Of a DNA stretch of 64,000 bases, positions 51,860-62,263 are shown piece after piece. The DNA comes from Leptospiraceae bacterium (GTDB taxonomy: Bacteria; Spirochaetota; Leptospiria; Leptospirales; Leptonemataceae): positions 256,001-320,000 of the forward strand of contig JAVJNR010000008.1 in NCBI GenBank assembly GCA_040217195.1, in the 5' to 3' direction. Under the pieces are notes generated by a model. The model was not told where the DNA came from and did not search any database. It was given only the letters and a program-made list of their open reading frames with translations. Every line of letters starts with the position of its first letter. Within the stretch, counting starts at the first letter, position 1. Both the position numbers and the translations under genes were made by a program.

Positions 51860-53638
51860 ATGATTCAAGGCAATTATTTTGAAGATAATGAGGATATTCG
51901 ACTCCATCTGGAGGAGATCACAGACTGGGAAGAAATCGTAAATGCATATGAAGGTGGCTTTGCAGATGCAAAGGAATACCAGAAGAGCGGCGATGAGAAA
52001 CTGGCTCTGGCTCCTGGAAATGTTAAGGATGCTGTAGATTATTATCGCACAATTATGCAAAGCTCCGGTGAAATCGCCGGTACCATTGTAAGCCAGGCTT
52101 CCCAGAAGATGGACCATGAAGGCCTGAAATACGACAAAGGGACCGTTTCATTTCCCCGGCCCATGGTGGAAGCCTACGAGGCAGTGAAAGAAGCGGGAAT
52201 CATGCCCTATGCCACAAATCGTCGCTTTGGGGGTCTGGGCATTCCTCTATCGGTCCAGACTTTGCTGATGGAAATGACCAGTCGTGCAGATGCATCCTTT
52301 GCAATTGCCATCGGCTGTGTAAACCTGGCCGAGACCGTAGAGAAATTCGGCACTAAAGAAATGATTGAGAAATGGGTACCGGCCATGTCCCGGGGCGAGA
52401 TTGTAGGAGCCATGGCACTTACTGAGCCCAACTACGGATCAGATCTACCCAGTGTTCAGACCAGGGCAGAGCAGGATGAAAATGGTAACTGGAAAATCAC
52501 CGGCACCAAACGGTTCATCACTCATGCATGCGGATTTGATAAATACCCATCTGTAATTCTCACTCTTGCACGAACTGGTAAACCAGAGAGTGGAGCCAGA
52601 GGACTTTCATTTTTTCTTGTGGAAGGCAAAGATGTACACGTGGCCAAGATTGAGCATAAGATGGGACTTCATTGTTCTCCAACATGCGAAGTGGTGTACG
52701 AAGATACTCCGGCGCAGCTCATTGGTGAAACGGGTCAGGGACTTGTTAAGTATGCCATGGAAATGATGAACACTGCTCGCCTTAGCATTGCAGGACAATC
52801 CATGGGAATTGCAGAAGCCGCCTATCAGGAAGCTAAAAAGTACGCCAGCGAAAGAGAGCAGTTTGGAAAACTGATTCAGGAGATTCCTGCTGTAAGGAAG
52901 ATGCTGGATCGCATGGATCGTGAGATCATTGCGATGAGAGCTTTGCTCCAGGAAGCTGCGCGCACCATAGATAACTATCTATGGCGCAAAGAAAGACTGG
53001 TGCATGAAGGTATGTCCGATCGGGATGTGCGAAAGGATGAAACAGTAAGAAGCTGGGAGAAATTGGCCAACTTCTTCACTCCGCTGACCAAGTATTATAT
53101 TTCAGAAACCTGCAATCAGGTAGCTTTCGATGCTCTTCAGATTCATGGAGGCTCCGGATATACAGAAGAATACGATGTAGCTCGAATATATCGAGATGCT
53201 CGAATTACCAATATCTACGAAGGAACTACACAATTGCAGGTTGTGGCAGCCATTGGAGGAATAGTTTCTGGAATGACAGCTAACGGTAATCTCCGGGCCT
53301 ACATTGAACAGGAATTGCAGAAGTTTAAGCCTTCGCAGGCACTTCTTGAAGTGCAGTCCACGTTCGAAGAGATCGTGAATATCTACAAAGAACTAAAGGG
53401 CGATCTGAGAGATGAGCTGGCTTTTGAAGTAGTCCAATCAGCGGCCAGGTTCGTCATGGGATTGCTTGTGGAACGCTCCAATGCTCGTGTAAATGAGGAT
53501 GCAGCCGCGAAACGAAATAAAATGGTTCAGGCATTCAACCTGGAAAGCAAGGCCATTCTACAGAGCAATGTTATTCGCATCCAGAATGGCATCGCATCGG
53601 CCCAGAATTCTGCGCCCAGAGAGGCTGCTGCTGTATAA
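51860..53638 (+). CDS. Acyl-CoA dehydrogenase
   Basis: [35 protein letters not shown] and IYEGTT. AGGAGG RBS before ATG 51860. Confidence 0.93.
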   Translation: MIQGNYFEDNEDIRLHLEEITDWEEIVNAYEGGFADAKEYQKSGDEKLALAPGNVKDAVDYYRTIMQSSGEIAGTIVSQASQKMDHEGLKYDKGTVSFPRPMVEAYEAVKEAGIMPYATNRRFGGLGIPLSVQTLLMEMTSRADASFAIAIGCVNLAETVEKFGTKEMIEKWVPAMSRGEIVGAMALTEPNYGSDLPSVQTRAEQDENGNWKITGTKRFITHACGFDKYPSVILTLARTGKPESGARGLSFFLVEGKDVHVAKIEHKMGLHCSPTCEVVYEDTPAQLIGETGQGLVKYAMEMMNTARLSIAGQSMGIAEAAYQEAKKYASEREQFGKLIQEIPAVRKMLDRMDREIIAMRALLQEAARTIDNYLWRKERLVHEGMSDRDVRKDETVRSWEKLANFFTPLTKYYISETCNQVAFDALQIHGGSGYTEEYDVARIYRDARITNIYEGTTQLQVVAAIGGIVSGMTANGNLRAYIEQELQKFKPSQALLEVQSTFEEIVNIYKELKGDLRDELAFEVVQSAARFVMGLLVERSNARVNEDAAAKRNKMVQAFNLESKAILQSNVIRIQNGIASAQNSAPREAAAV

Positions 53639-54558
53639 TGCATCTTGAGATTGGCCCGTTACGAGTTGGTAAGCCCAGGATCGGAATTGCTCTGGGTTCT
53701 GGCTCGGCGCGGGGCTGGTCTCACATAGGTGTATTTAAAGAGCTGGAAGCCGCCGGTATTGAAATCGACATTGTGACCGGCACCTCAGCCGGGGGAGTTA
53801 TTGGTTCTTTCTTCGCAGCCGATGCTCTGGAGCATGCAGAGGAGTTTGCAGCCAGATATAAGAGTCCAAGAGTTACCCTTTCTTACATGGACTTTTCTGT
53901 GGGCACCGGAGGCCTCATTGGTGGAAAACGATTTGTGGGCTTTCTGGAAGAGTATCTTCCGGTTCGACAATTCTCAGAATTGAAAAGATCCTTCGGTGTG
54001 GTAGCCACAGATCTATCGTCCATGCAAGAAGTGCATATCTCGGATGGTGCTTTGATTCCCGCAGTTCGCGCAACGGTTGCCGTACCTGGTTTTCTATCTC
54101 CGGAGGTTTTTGGAGACTATCAGCTAGTAGACGGCGGACTCTTAAACCCCATTCCTGTGAGCCTGGCCCGAAAGCTGGGGGCGGATATGGTAATTGCGGT
54201 GGACCTGGATGCCCATGCAGTAAGAGAAAAAGCTGAGGGTGTGACCGGAATCATGTATCGCACTATTGATACCATGATGAATCGCATCCGACTGGAAAAC
54301 TTCAAATCCCATCCTGCAGATATAACCATCGAGCCAGTTCTGCAGGATTATGGATTTATGGACTTCCACCGTTCACCCGAGGCCATTGAAGAAGGCAGAC
54401 GAGCAGCCAGAGCCAGGATACCAGAAATCAAACGGATGATCCATCGTCCATTGAGCCGTTCCAGCCGATTGCTGTTTAATCCAGGATCCATTCCGGATGC
54501 ATTGCGCAGCCTGACTCTAAGACAGGAAGCCGAGCACCAATCCAAAAAAGAATCTTGA
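53638..54558 (+). CDS. Patatin-like phospholipase (RssA-like)
   Basis: GSGSARGWSHIG, GTSAG and LVDGGLLNP. Coupled to the upstream gene by TAATG. Confidence 0.92.
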   Translation: MHLEIGPLRVGKPRIGIALGSGSARGWSHIGVFKELEAAGIEIDIVTGTSAGGVIGSFFAADALEHAEEFAARYKSPRVTLSYMDFSVGTGGLIGGKRFVGFLEEYLPVRQFSELKRSFGVVATDLSSMQEVHISDGALIPAVRATVAVPGFLSPEVFGDYQLVDGGLLNPIPVSLARKLGADMVIAVDLDAHAVREKAEGVTGIMYRTIDTMMNRIRLENFKSHPADITIEPVLQDYGFMDFHRSPEAIEEGRRAARARIPEIKRMIHRPLSRSSRLLFNPGSIPDALRSLTLRQEAEHQSKKES

Positions 54559-54710
54559 AGACATAGTCCATACTCTTCGGAAGCTATGGAAACTAAATCC
54601 TACAGGCATTGTTCCATTCAATAGGATACTTATCCAGGTAGAATTGAATGTAGCTGGAATAGAAATCAAAATGCCTTGCCAGGGTCATCAGGGATGTTAG
54701 AAACCGTATC

Positions 54711-54962
54711 ATGTCGGAGAATCCCTATTTGCGATCCATCCGGATTTTTGATCCAGCTGTGGATCTTAGCGAAGATAAACGAAAGAAACCTGCGCGTAAT
54801 GTTGAAACCGGAGAGGACCTTTTTGCAGAGCTCCAGGATACACCACCGGTAGGTACAGCCCCGCGCGCAGAAGAAGAATCCGGTTCTCAGAAATCGTCAT
54901 CCAGCCCTTCGGATGGACTTGAAGTGGTAGAAGACGACTCCATGGAGATCATCGATCTATAA
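54711..54962 (+). CDS. Small acidic hypothetical protein
   Basis: 83-aa ORF ending 2 nt before the next gene, with a promoter-like sequence immediately upstream. Confidence 0.6.
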   Translation: MSENPYLRSIRIFDPAVDLSEDKRKKPARNVETGEDLFAELQDTPPVGTAPRAEEESGSQKSSSSPSDGLEVVEDDSMEIIDL

Positions 54963-54964
54963 TC

Positions 54965-55867
54965 ATGGCATCTAATAAAACATACATCTCGGTACAATCC
55001 TTTGTTGTAGTTCTTTTTCTACTGGTGGCAGGACTAATTCCGTTTCTTGTCATAGGCGAAAACAGACTCTATCACCAGGTGGTGGTAGTCTCCCTGGGCC
55101 TGGGATTTCTGGCTGCCCTGGCAGCCGTTTTTGTGCTAACCCTTAAAGTGCATAAGCTAAGAAAGGGACCAGAGCCAAAACCCAAAAAAAAAGCCCAGCC
55201 CAGACCGGCCTCTGCACCTCGTCCTGCGACGCAGCCAACTGCGGCCGTAACTCCAAAGGAGCTCTTAGATCCTGGCCTGGTTTATCGATTCCGGCTGGGC
55301 AAGGATAAGTCCCTGGAAAGCCAGTCCAGGCGAGTGGTCATTGGCCGTCATGAAGGGCAGATAAAAACTCACAGTACAGAAATCATAGAAAATCATCTTG
55401 AACTTGAATTTCGCATTCGCCAGGATCCGGACCGGGATATTTACAATACAGATAAGACCCTGATTCAGAAGTATTCCGTTGACCTTCGCAGAGCAGGCAA
55501 AGCCCTGATTTATTTTCCGGACCAGGATGATAAGACCTTTCGAGAGATGAACTCCAGACAGCGGTTATTAATTCAGTCCGAAGCAGATGCAGAGGGGGAT
55601 CCTCATTTTTCCAGCATTCCGTCCGGCAAACCATTGCGCATTCAACTGGGAGACCGACTGCGACACGATGGTAAGTTTGTAGCCGGATACTTTGAATTTC
55701 ATCTGTTCACCAAAGCGGTGGAGGTGGAGGCCGGAAACTATACTCGTATGGACCAGGATTTCTATCTGCGCATCTACCGCATCTTTCCCGGTTATGATAC
55801 ATCGCATCCCTCTCAGGACGGAGCTTATCCCATGATTGATCCATTCCTTTCTCGGGAGGGGGGCTGA
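54965..55867 (+). CDS. Two-TM membrane protein with a Pro-rich linker and FHA-like cytoplasmic domain
   Basis: Two N-terminal TM helices, a PEPKPKKKAQPRPASAPRP linker, then VVIGR...IIENHLEL (FHA G-R...xxxH-like). Confidence 0.55.
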   Translation: MASNKTYISVQSFVVVLFLLVAGLIPFLVIGENRLYHQVVVVSLGLGFLAALAAVFVLTLKVHKLRKGPEPKPKKKAQPRPASAPRPATQPTAAVTPKELLDPGLVYRFRLGKDKSLESQSRRVVIGRHEGQIKTHSTEIIENHLELEFRIRQDPDRDIYNTDKTLIQKYSVDLRRAGKALIYFPDQDDKTFREMNSRQRLLIQSEADAEGDPHFSSIPSGKPLRIQLGDRLRHDGKFVAGYFEFHLFTKAVEVEAGNYTRMDQDFYLRIYRIFPGYDTSHPSQDGAYPMIDPFLSREGG

Positions 55868-55921
55868 AGCAATCAAACAGATTAATGAGGCAGCTTCCCC
55901 CAGGATTTAAAAAGGTTATAA

Positions 55922-58900
55922 ATGAGCGATTCCAGTTTTTTTCAATCTGCCACCAGAGTACTCAAAGAGAACCTTCCAATGGCTCGAAAATCCCTGATTA
56001 TTGGGATGGGTGGCTCCGGGATGAAAGGTATTCTTTCCGCCCGGTCCCAAATTGAAAGAGAGATGCCATCGGAGGCGCGAACCTACATGCGCTGGATTGG
56101 CATCGATACAACAGATATTGGGACCAGTATTGAAGGCCAGGGCGAATCCTATCGCTTTCCTGGAAATGAACAGCATTACCAGGAAGATCGAAGAATGCTC
56201 TACATAGGGGCACCCACGCCCTCAGAGCTCAGTCTGAGCTATCTCAAGGGACTGAGGGAGAACGACCCTGCCTATGGCTGGCTTCCGGATCCAGATATCT
56301 ACAGAATCAGTACCAGATCAGGGCAGGGTGCCAATCAAACAAGAGCCCTGGGCAGACTTGCCTTCTTTCATAACTATGAGAAGATTCGCGATGCCCTGAT
56401 TGCAGAAAAGGAACGACTGGAATCCATGAGTAATGATCCAGCTTACTTTAGGCTCATGGATGTGCAGGAAAAGTCTGCTGTTGAGGTTTTGGATCTTGAT
56501 ATTGAACTTAAGCCTGGAAAAACCAGATATCATTTCTCTGACTTTGTTCCCGGTCACAATGATATTCTGGACCTGGAACTGGATGAAGAAACCCGCACTA
56601 TTCTATGTCCTCATATTCCGCTGGAGAAGGTAGGACCCGAAATCTTTCCCAGAGATGATAAAGGTTACTATTTCGAAATCAATCCTGAAAGAGCGGCAAT
56701 GAAGCATCTGGGTTTTCAAATCAAGCATGCTCCCAGGGAAGGACAGATCAGTATTTTCCTCACCGCTTCTGTGGTGGGCGGAACCGGAAATGGAATGCTT
56801 CTGGATATGGCTGCATTGATTCATGATGTATTCAAAGATACATGGCCAGCCCCCAAACTTTACGGTATCATCGTTTTGCCCTCTGCATTTAAACGCGTTG
56901 TATACAATCAGAATGCAAGAGCCAATGCCTATGCTGCATTGAAGGAGCTGGATTTTTTTCAAAGCGGTAACCCCTTCGAAGCCACCTATCCAAATGGACG
57001 GCAGGTAAAACTGGAAGACAGGCTCTTTAAAGATGGGATGCTCTATCTACTGGATGTGGAAAACCTGTCGGGTAACATACTTCAGGACCGAGACCAGGTT
57101 CAGGAATTAACAGGTCAGTTTATACATACTTTTGTAAGCTCAACCGTAGGAGGCGCCATCGAAGAAAGGATGGTAAACGATTCCACAAGGGCCAGCATTT
57201 ACTTTCCTGAGGATGGCTCCGAACCGGCGCGAAGAGCCAGCTATAATTCATTTGGTATTTCCCGGGTCATGTACCCGGTGCCCATTCTACGGGAGATTGG
57301 TTTTAAACTGGCTGCTCTAAGAATCATTAAACGATTCCATGAAAAGGTAAATCCCGGACTGCTTCAGGAAACCTTCGGTGACTTGAACCGGGGCCTGGTC
57401 CGGGCGCTTAGATTAAACTGTGCATTGATCTTTGAAAGAATGTATCCGGATTACAAACTGGACTGGAAAGCTGAATTCAACGGCTACAGAGATAGAATCC
57501 AGCGAAGCATGCGAAGCGGAGATCGTAGCGGCGTAGTTTCCATTCTAGAGCTCATGCGTCGGGACTACGGTCGAGGCGAAATGGAGCACCATAAAGATCG
57601 GTTGATTCGACGAATGGAGAGTCGATGGAGACTGGAACTGGAAAAGGTGCGCCAGGTCATGGAAGAAGCGGTGGCCGAAATAACTGCAGATCCAGCAAGA
57701 GGCTTTCTATTCACCAGAGCTCTACTGGACAAAGTCATGAACCGGCTGGAGTTTTTTCAGGGGATGTGCTACGAAAGCCGGGTAGGACTGAATTTCTATG
57801 CGGATTCTGAAATCGAAGAACAACTTCGTGCCCTGGATACCGGGGATTTCAGCGCAAAGAGAGTGGAAGCAGTTTACACAATGATTCGGCTGAATCATCT
57901 GCAACTAATCCATGAATCCATGCTTCAATCCACCGAGGAATTTCTAAGAGAGTTCAAGAGTGCCCTGTATCAGCTACGAAATGAAACCCTGGCTCCCCTG
58001 GAAGATAGACTTCAGACTCTGGCCCACAGCCTGCACGATGAGATTCAAAAAAGCCATTTCGAATTGCTGCAGAAGAAGAATCCGCTGTTTTTCTACCTGG
58101 TGAATAAGCCTGAAATCAAGGGATTCATCAACCGACATTTTGGTGCAAGACTGAGCCTGGATGATCTATGTAATGAATTGGATTTTCTGGCAATGGACCG
58201 TGGAGACGATACAACTCAGATTGTTCAGACCTATTTAATGGGACGTTTTGGACTGGAAGTTCTAGAAAGAAGCCAGTCTGAAATGGAGGAATTGATCCAT
58301 CAAGAGCTGGGCCTTGAGATTCTACAGAAAAGTCCGGATGAAGCCAGGGAGATCCTCTATGGCCAACAGGGCGACGAGCGACAATGGAAGATCGATGAAG
58401 CAACCATGAACCGCATCGAAGTGGATCGACTACGAGCGGGGCTTTTTCAGGTAATTCAGAAACGATTTGCAGGCTTTTCCTTTGAAAACCTTTCGATTCA
58501 GGATGTACTGCGAGAGAAAAAGATTCATATCAAGAATTTGCTAACGAAGCTAGATACTTATTCGAGGCCCTACACATCGGCCAATTTCAATGGACTTCGT
58601 TCCATGGAATATTTCAGAGCGGTTACACAATTCCCCTTAAATGTATTTGAGGAAGGGGACAGTGCACCTGATAAAGCAAGTAACGATTTGCCTCCCAGGA
58701 TGGATCATTATACCAAGCGTTCATCAGCCAGTCCCAATATCTCTGTAGAATGCTTTGAAGTTCCAAATCTGGTGAAGCCCTATGAAATCATCTCCATGGG
58801 CATTGTACTTGGCTTTCCGCTTTTTCGCATTAATGGCCTGAATGATTGTGTTAACGACTACCACGATCTGATGCACAGAAGAGAACATCCACTCCATCTG

Positions 58901-59749
58901 TTCAACCACCCATCTTTCGATGCAAAGTATTTTCCTGATCCCTACCGTACCAGAAATTATCTGAATCCCAAACAGCTCTGGAATGGACTGATTGAATTTG
59001 AACTCCTTGAAAAAAAAGAAACTGGATACGAATACTCATCCTCCATACACGATGGGATGAAACAGATTCTTGCCGGAGAGTCCTATTCCACAGGAATACG
59101 CAAACTGATGGAAGAGGTACAGGCCATTGGCGGACTGGAAAAAATCAGCCCGGAACTATTGGCTCGATGTCTAGCCGGTCCCGGAATTCTCAAGAAGAAT
59201 CGAGAGGGAAATATTTACTTTCGCAAAGAGTATGATTTGATCCTGCGCGATATTCTAGACGGAGATGGCACCGGGAAGAGAGCCAGCGAATCCAGTTTAT
59301 CTAAAGAGCAATATCTGGAGAAAAATACAAAAGCAATCTATTTCAAAGGAATGACCGACCTGGTAAAATTTGTTTTCTCCAATCCCGGCATTAAATCCTT
59401 CCTGCTTACTGATTTGAATCGAATCTTCCAGGAAACCAGAGGCAGTCAGGTAAGCGGAGCTTCTGTTCAGATTCCACAATCCAAACTAGCGTCAGTTAAG
59501 TTACATAGCTTCAAAGATGAATATGAGTTCTACGACTATTTTCAGACCAACGGCTCTCTGGCCTGGCAGGATTTTCTCAAAAATGAGATTGTTCAGAAAG
59601 TGGATGCAGTTCTTCGAACCTACAGACACCCTCAGGACCCTACGTTGCCAGACCGGGCACGGATGGAATCCTATCTAGAGCAGCGAAAAGCCTCAATTCC
59701 ATTTGTAGCTCTATGGGAATTGAAGGTGAAGCATGGAGTGATTCGCTAG
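55922..59749 (+). CDS. Large tubulin/FtsZ-superfamily (Tubulin_2-like) protein
   Basis: LIIGMGGSG, GIDT, GANQTRALGRLAF, ASVVGGTGNG (tubulin signature) and ANAYAALKEL, followed by a long helical region. Confidence 0.85.
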   Translation: MSDSSFFQSATRVLKENLPMARKSLIIGMGGSGMKGILSARSQIEREMPSEARTYMRWIGIDTTDIGTSIEGQGESYRFPGNEQHYQEDRRMLYIGAPTPSELSLSYLKGLRENDPAYGWLPDPDIYRISTRSGQGANQTRALGRLAFFHNYEKIRDALIAEKERLESMSNDPAYFRLMDVQEKSAVEVLDLDIELKPGKTRYHFSDFVPGHNDILDLELDEETRTILCPHIPLEKVGPEIFPRDDKGYYFEINPERAAMKHLGFQIKHAPREGQISIFLTASVVGGTGNGMLLDMAALIHDVFKDTWPAPKLYGIIVLPSAFKRVVYNQNARANAYAALKELDFFQSGNPFEATYPNGRQVKLEDRLFKDGMLYLLDVENLSGNILQDRDQVQELTGQFIHTFVSSTVGGAIEERMVNDSTRASIYFPEDGSEPARRASYNSFGISRVMYPVPILREIGFKLAALRIIKRFHEKVNPGLLQETFGDLNRGLVRALRLNCALIFERMYPDYKLDWKAEFNGYRDRIQRSMRSGDRSGVVSILELMRRDYGRGEMEHHKDRLIRRMESRWRLELEKVRQVMEEAVAEITADPARGFLFTRALLDKVMNRLEFFQGMCYESRVGLNFYADSEIEEQLRALDTGDFSAKRVEAVYTMIRLNHLQLIHESMLQSTEEFLREFKSALYQLRNETLAPLEDRLQTLAHSLHDEIQKSHFELLQKKNPLFFYLVNKPEIKGFINRHFGARLSLDDLCNELDFLAMDRGDDTTQIVQTYLMGRFGLEVLERSQSEMEELIHQELGLEILQKSPDEAREILYGQQGDERQWKIDEATMNRIEVDRLRAGLFQVIQKRFAGFSFENLSIQDVLREKKIHIKNLLTKLDTYSRPYTSANFNGLRSMEYFRAVTQFPLNVFEEGDSAPDKASNDLPPRMDHYTKRSSASPNISVECFEVPNLVKPYEIISMGIVLGFPLFRINGLNDCVNDYHDLMHRREHPLHLFNHPSFDAKYFPDPYRTRNYLNPKQLWNGLIEFELLEKKETGYEYSSSIHDGMKQILAGESYSTGIRKLMEEVQAIGGLEKISPELLARCLAGPGILKKNREGNIYFRKEYDLILRDILDGDGTGKRASESSLSKEQYLEKNTKAIYFKGMTDLVKFVFSNPGIKSFLLTDLNRIFQETRGSQVSGASVQIPQSKLASVKLHSFKDEYEFYDYFQTNGSLAWQDFLKNEIVQKVDAVLRTYRHPQDPTLPDRARMESYLEQRKASIPFVALWELKVKHGVIR

Positions 59750-59762
59750 AGATTCGGTACAT

Positions 59763-59790
59763 AAAAAAGGGCCGCCATTGCGACCCTTTA
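59763..59790. terminator. Terminator between the tubulin-like gene and tRNA-Pro
   Basis: AAAAAAGGGCCGC-CATT-GCGACCCTTT hairpin. The T6 tract is on the tRNA (minus) strand. Confidence 0.75.
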
Positions 59791-59791
59791 T

Positions 59792-59863
59792 TCGGGATGA
59801 CTGGATTTGAACCAGCGACCACTCGCCCCCCAGACGAGTGCGCTACCACTGCGCCACATCCCG
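59792..59863 (-). tRNA. tRNA-Pro(GGG)
   Basis: Reverse complement CGGGATGTGGCGCAGTGGTAGCGCACTCGTCTGGGGGGCGAGTGGTCGCTGGTTCAAATCCAGTCATCCCGA folds as a cloverleaf with anticodon GGG and a TTCAAAT T-loop. CCA is not encoded. Confidence 0.96.
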
Positions 59864-59918
59864 TTGCAATCCAGAAAAGGATGTTCGGCTTCCATGTCAA
59901 GGCCAACTCCAACAGGGC

Positions 59919-60776
59919 CTATTGAATCAACTCAAGGATTCTGGTGACCTGACCATCCTCCACTGCATCCATGAGCAGCCCGGTCAGTTCCGAAACATCG
60001 GCATCGGATTCAATTCTGAGCCTTACGTCCAGGTAACCGGCCTCCAGATGATCCGGTATTATAAAGCTCAGGTTCTTATGGGAAGGTAACTTCTTTTGGA
60101 GTTTGAATACTCGGTCCTGCATCCCGCTGATTTCCGGATATCGCATTTGATAGATCTGATCCCGAATTTGCTCTGCGGGAAAATTGCCACTACGGGCCTT
60201 CCAGTTAGCGGAGAATTCCAGAGCCTGCTTCAAACCATGCTCCTGCAGCTCCGGAGATAGATCATGATAGTATTGGATGATTTCTTTGATTATATTCTTG
60301 CGAAAATTTCGTTCCTGCCAGAGTTGAATCCAGGGCTTTCTGCTATCTTTCATTCTCTCCCATAGGCGAAGTATGTTCAGAGGAAGATCATATAAAAGGA
60401 AAAGCTCTTCACTCAATGCATCCAGGGCAGCCCATTCTTTCCATTCCTCCCGGCTTCGGTAATGGGCTTTCCAGCCCAGAGCGCGAATTAATCCATCTGG
60501 AGCAATATCCAGATCCTCTGTGAATCGAGCCAGAGCAGGTATGTTCCGTTCCACAAACCTGAGTAGAAAGGACCAGGTTGAATCATTCTCCAGTTCGGAC
60601 TCAGAGAGTTGAAGCAAGGCAAAGTTACTTGTGGAATCCTGACTCGTTATGTCCAGGTATTGGCCTTCTGAAGGAGCGGCCATCCACTGCTTTTCAGTTC
60701 TTACCAGGATACCCCGGGAGCTCAGCGGAGCCTCAATAGAATCGATTGGCCATTGATTTAGTACTGCCCATTCCAT
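59919..60776 (-). CDS. Hypothetical protein with a weak ParB C-terminal-like end
   Basis: Helical protein whose C-terminal GYLDVRLRIESDADVSEL resembles ParB dimerisation strands. The start is moved to 60776 to avoid overlapping the divergent gene. Confidence 0.5.
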   Translation of the reverse strand: MEWAVLNQWPIDSIEAPLSSRGILVRTEKQWMAAPSEGQYLDITSQDSTSNFALLQLSESELENDSTWSFLLRFVERNIPALARFTEDLDIAPDGLIRALGWKAHYRSREEWKEWAALDALSEELFLLYDLPLNILRLWERMKDSRKPWIQLWQERNFRKNIIKEIIQYYHDLSPELQEHGLKQALEFSANWKARSGNFPAEQIRDQIYQMRYPEISGMQDRVFKLQKKLPSHKNLSFIIPDHLEAGYLDVRLRIESDADVSELTGLLMDAVEDGQVTRILELIQ

Positions 60777-60792
60777 GACGCCAGAATGAAAA

Positions 60793-61659
60793 ATGCCTGT
60801 GCACCAACAACTCAGTTCTGCTCCTGAACCTATGGCCATCCAACGTATTCTTTGCCTGGGCCGGAGTTTCACCGGAACCTATCTGTCCCGGGAATTCCCG
60901 GTGGAAGTACGCTTTCTGAGCCGCGATACAACAGATTTTGACTCTAATTTTGAACCAGACATGATTCTGGATACAGTTCCATCTGTGCAGGAAGGTGATC
61001 AAATACTCAATCCTCTTTATCGCACTGCGACCGATCATCTGGAAATCCCCTACATTCATGTTTCCAGCACTTCGGTGTATCCAGCGTCAACCCATGGAAT
61101 CCTGGAAGTGGATGAAGCTTCGGCCAGCGGGACCACAGATAAATGTATGCGTCGTTTGAGAGTAGAAGAGGCCGTGCTGCAGCATCGTCCTGAGGCGCTC
61201 ATTTTACGTTCCGGTGGACTTTATGGTCCGGGAAGGAGCCTACCTCATTTTCTGGCCTCCGGTAAAAGCAGATTCTTCGAAAGAGGTAATGAAATCATTT
61301 CTCGCATACATGTTCACGATCTATGTAGAATTATTCTGGCCGCCGCAGCTAAAATGCAAGCATCGGAGGATCACTTTCCTGGATTTAACAGGAAACGATT
61401 GATTAACGGTGTGGATCCCAATCCTTCATCTGTGGAAGAAACCAGACAGTATCTGGAACAGTTCTATACACTTCCCGAAATTCGCAAGGCCCTGGAGAAG
61501 CAGGGGTTTGCAGCTCCGGAATCGCTGCCCTTGCCCCCGGACGTTCCTGGACAACGGAAGGTGTGCAGCCGGTACACGGAACAATTGATCGGTCGATTCC
61601 GCTTCCCTGACTTTAAAAGCGGGTTTATGGATTCCATGCTTCGCGCTTCGCAGCCATAA
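60793..61659 (+). CDS. NAD(P)-binding epimerase/SDR (YeeZ-like) protein
   Basis: G..FTG..L, VSSTSVY, ILRSGGLYGPGR, SRIHVHDL and FRFPDFKSG. Confidence 0.75.
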   Translation: MPVHQQLSSAPEPMAIQRILCLGRSFTGTYLSREFPVEVRFLSRDTTDFDSNFEPDMILDTVPSVQEGDQILNPLYRTATDHLEIPYIHVSSTSVYPASTHGILEVDEASASGTTDKCMRRLRVEEAVLQHRPEALILRSGGLYGPGRSLPHFLASGKSRFFERGNEIISRIHVHDLCRIILAAAAKMQASEDHFPGFNRKRLINGVDPNPSSVEETRQYLEQFYTLPEIRKALEKQGFAAPESLPLPPDVPGQRKVCSRYTEQLIGRFRFPDFKSGFMDSMLRASQP

Positions 61660-61849
61660 TAGACCGGATCGGAAATCTTCGCCATCCGTCAGAGTTACTT
61701 TGGTTTGCCTGTCAGGGAGGTTCCCGGCAATGATTTTATGGGGTAATCATGGTATAAACCAAATTACAGATAGCCCGATTTCTCCACCAGGATCAGGGGG
61801 CCCGACAGTGGATGAAAAAAACGAATCAGATGTATTTGCGAAACTAATC

Positions 61850-62263
61850 CTAAATGGGAGCGGTGTAGGTGGCAGTAACTCTGGTTTTGATTCCTCCACG
61901 GACGTTATAATCTCCATGAAGTCTTAACCATCGTGGCTGGCAGGCTTTTACAAGATCATCCAGCATACGGTTTACTACGTTTTCATGGAAGATACCAATG
62001 TCGCGGTACGCTGTAACATATTCCTTCAAACTTTTAAGTTCCAGACAGAATTCATTTGGTCGGTAACTGAGTAAGATGGTTCCAAAATCTGGCAGTCCAG
62101 TTTTTGGACAGATCGCGGTAAACTCCGGTATCTCCATATCAATGCGATAATTTCGATCCGGATAGATGTTTTGAAATACCTCGATTGATGGCAGGGCCAG
62201 ATTGCGAACCTGGTCCTGTTTGCCTTCGTACGTTCCTGTATAGAATTGTTCTGTTCTGTTCAT
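61850..62263 (-). CDS. queF: NADPH-dependent preQ0 reductase (type I)
   Basis: EFTAICPKTGLPDFG, ELKSLKEY, FHE and VRGGI. Confidence 0.95.
   Translation of the reverse strand: MNRTEQFYTGTYEGKQDQVRNLALPSIEVFQNIYPDRNYRIDMEIPEFTAICPKTGLPDFGTILLSYRPNEFCLELKSLKEYVTAYRDIGIFHENVVNRMLDDLVKACQPRWLRLHGDYNVRGGIKTRVTATYTAPI

Noticed and set aside
54559..59863. Tubulin locus as a genomic island integrated at the tRNA-Pro 3' end
   Set aside because: No integrase, no duplicated tRNA 3' end found on the other side, and no obvious composition shift by eye.
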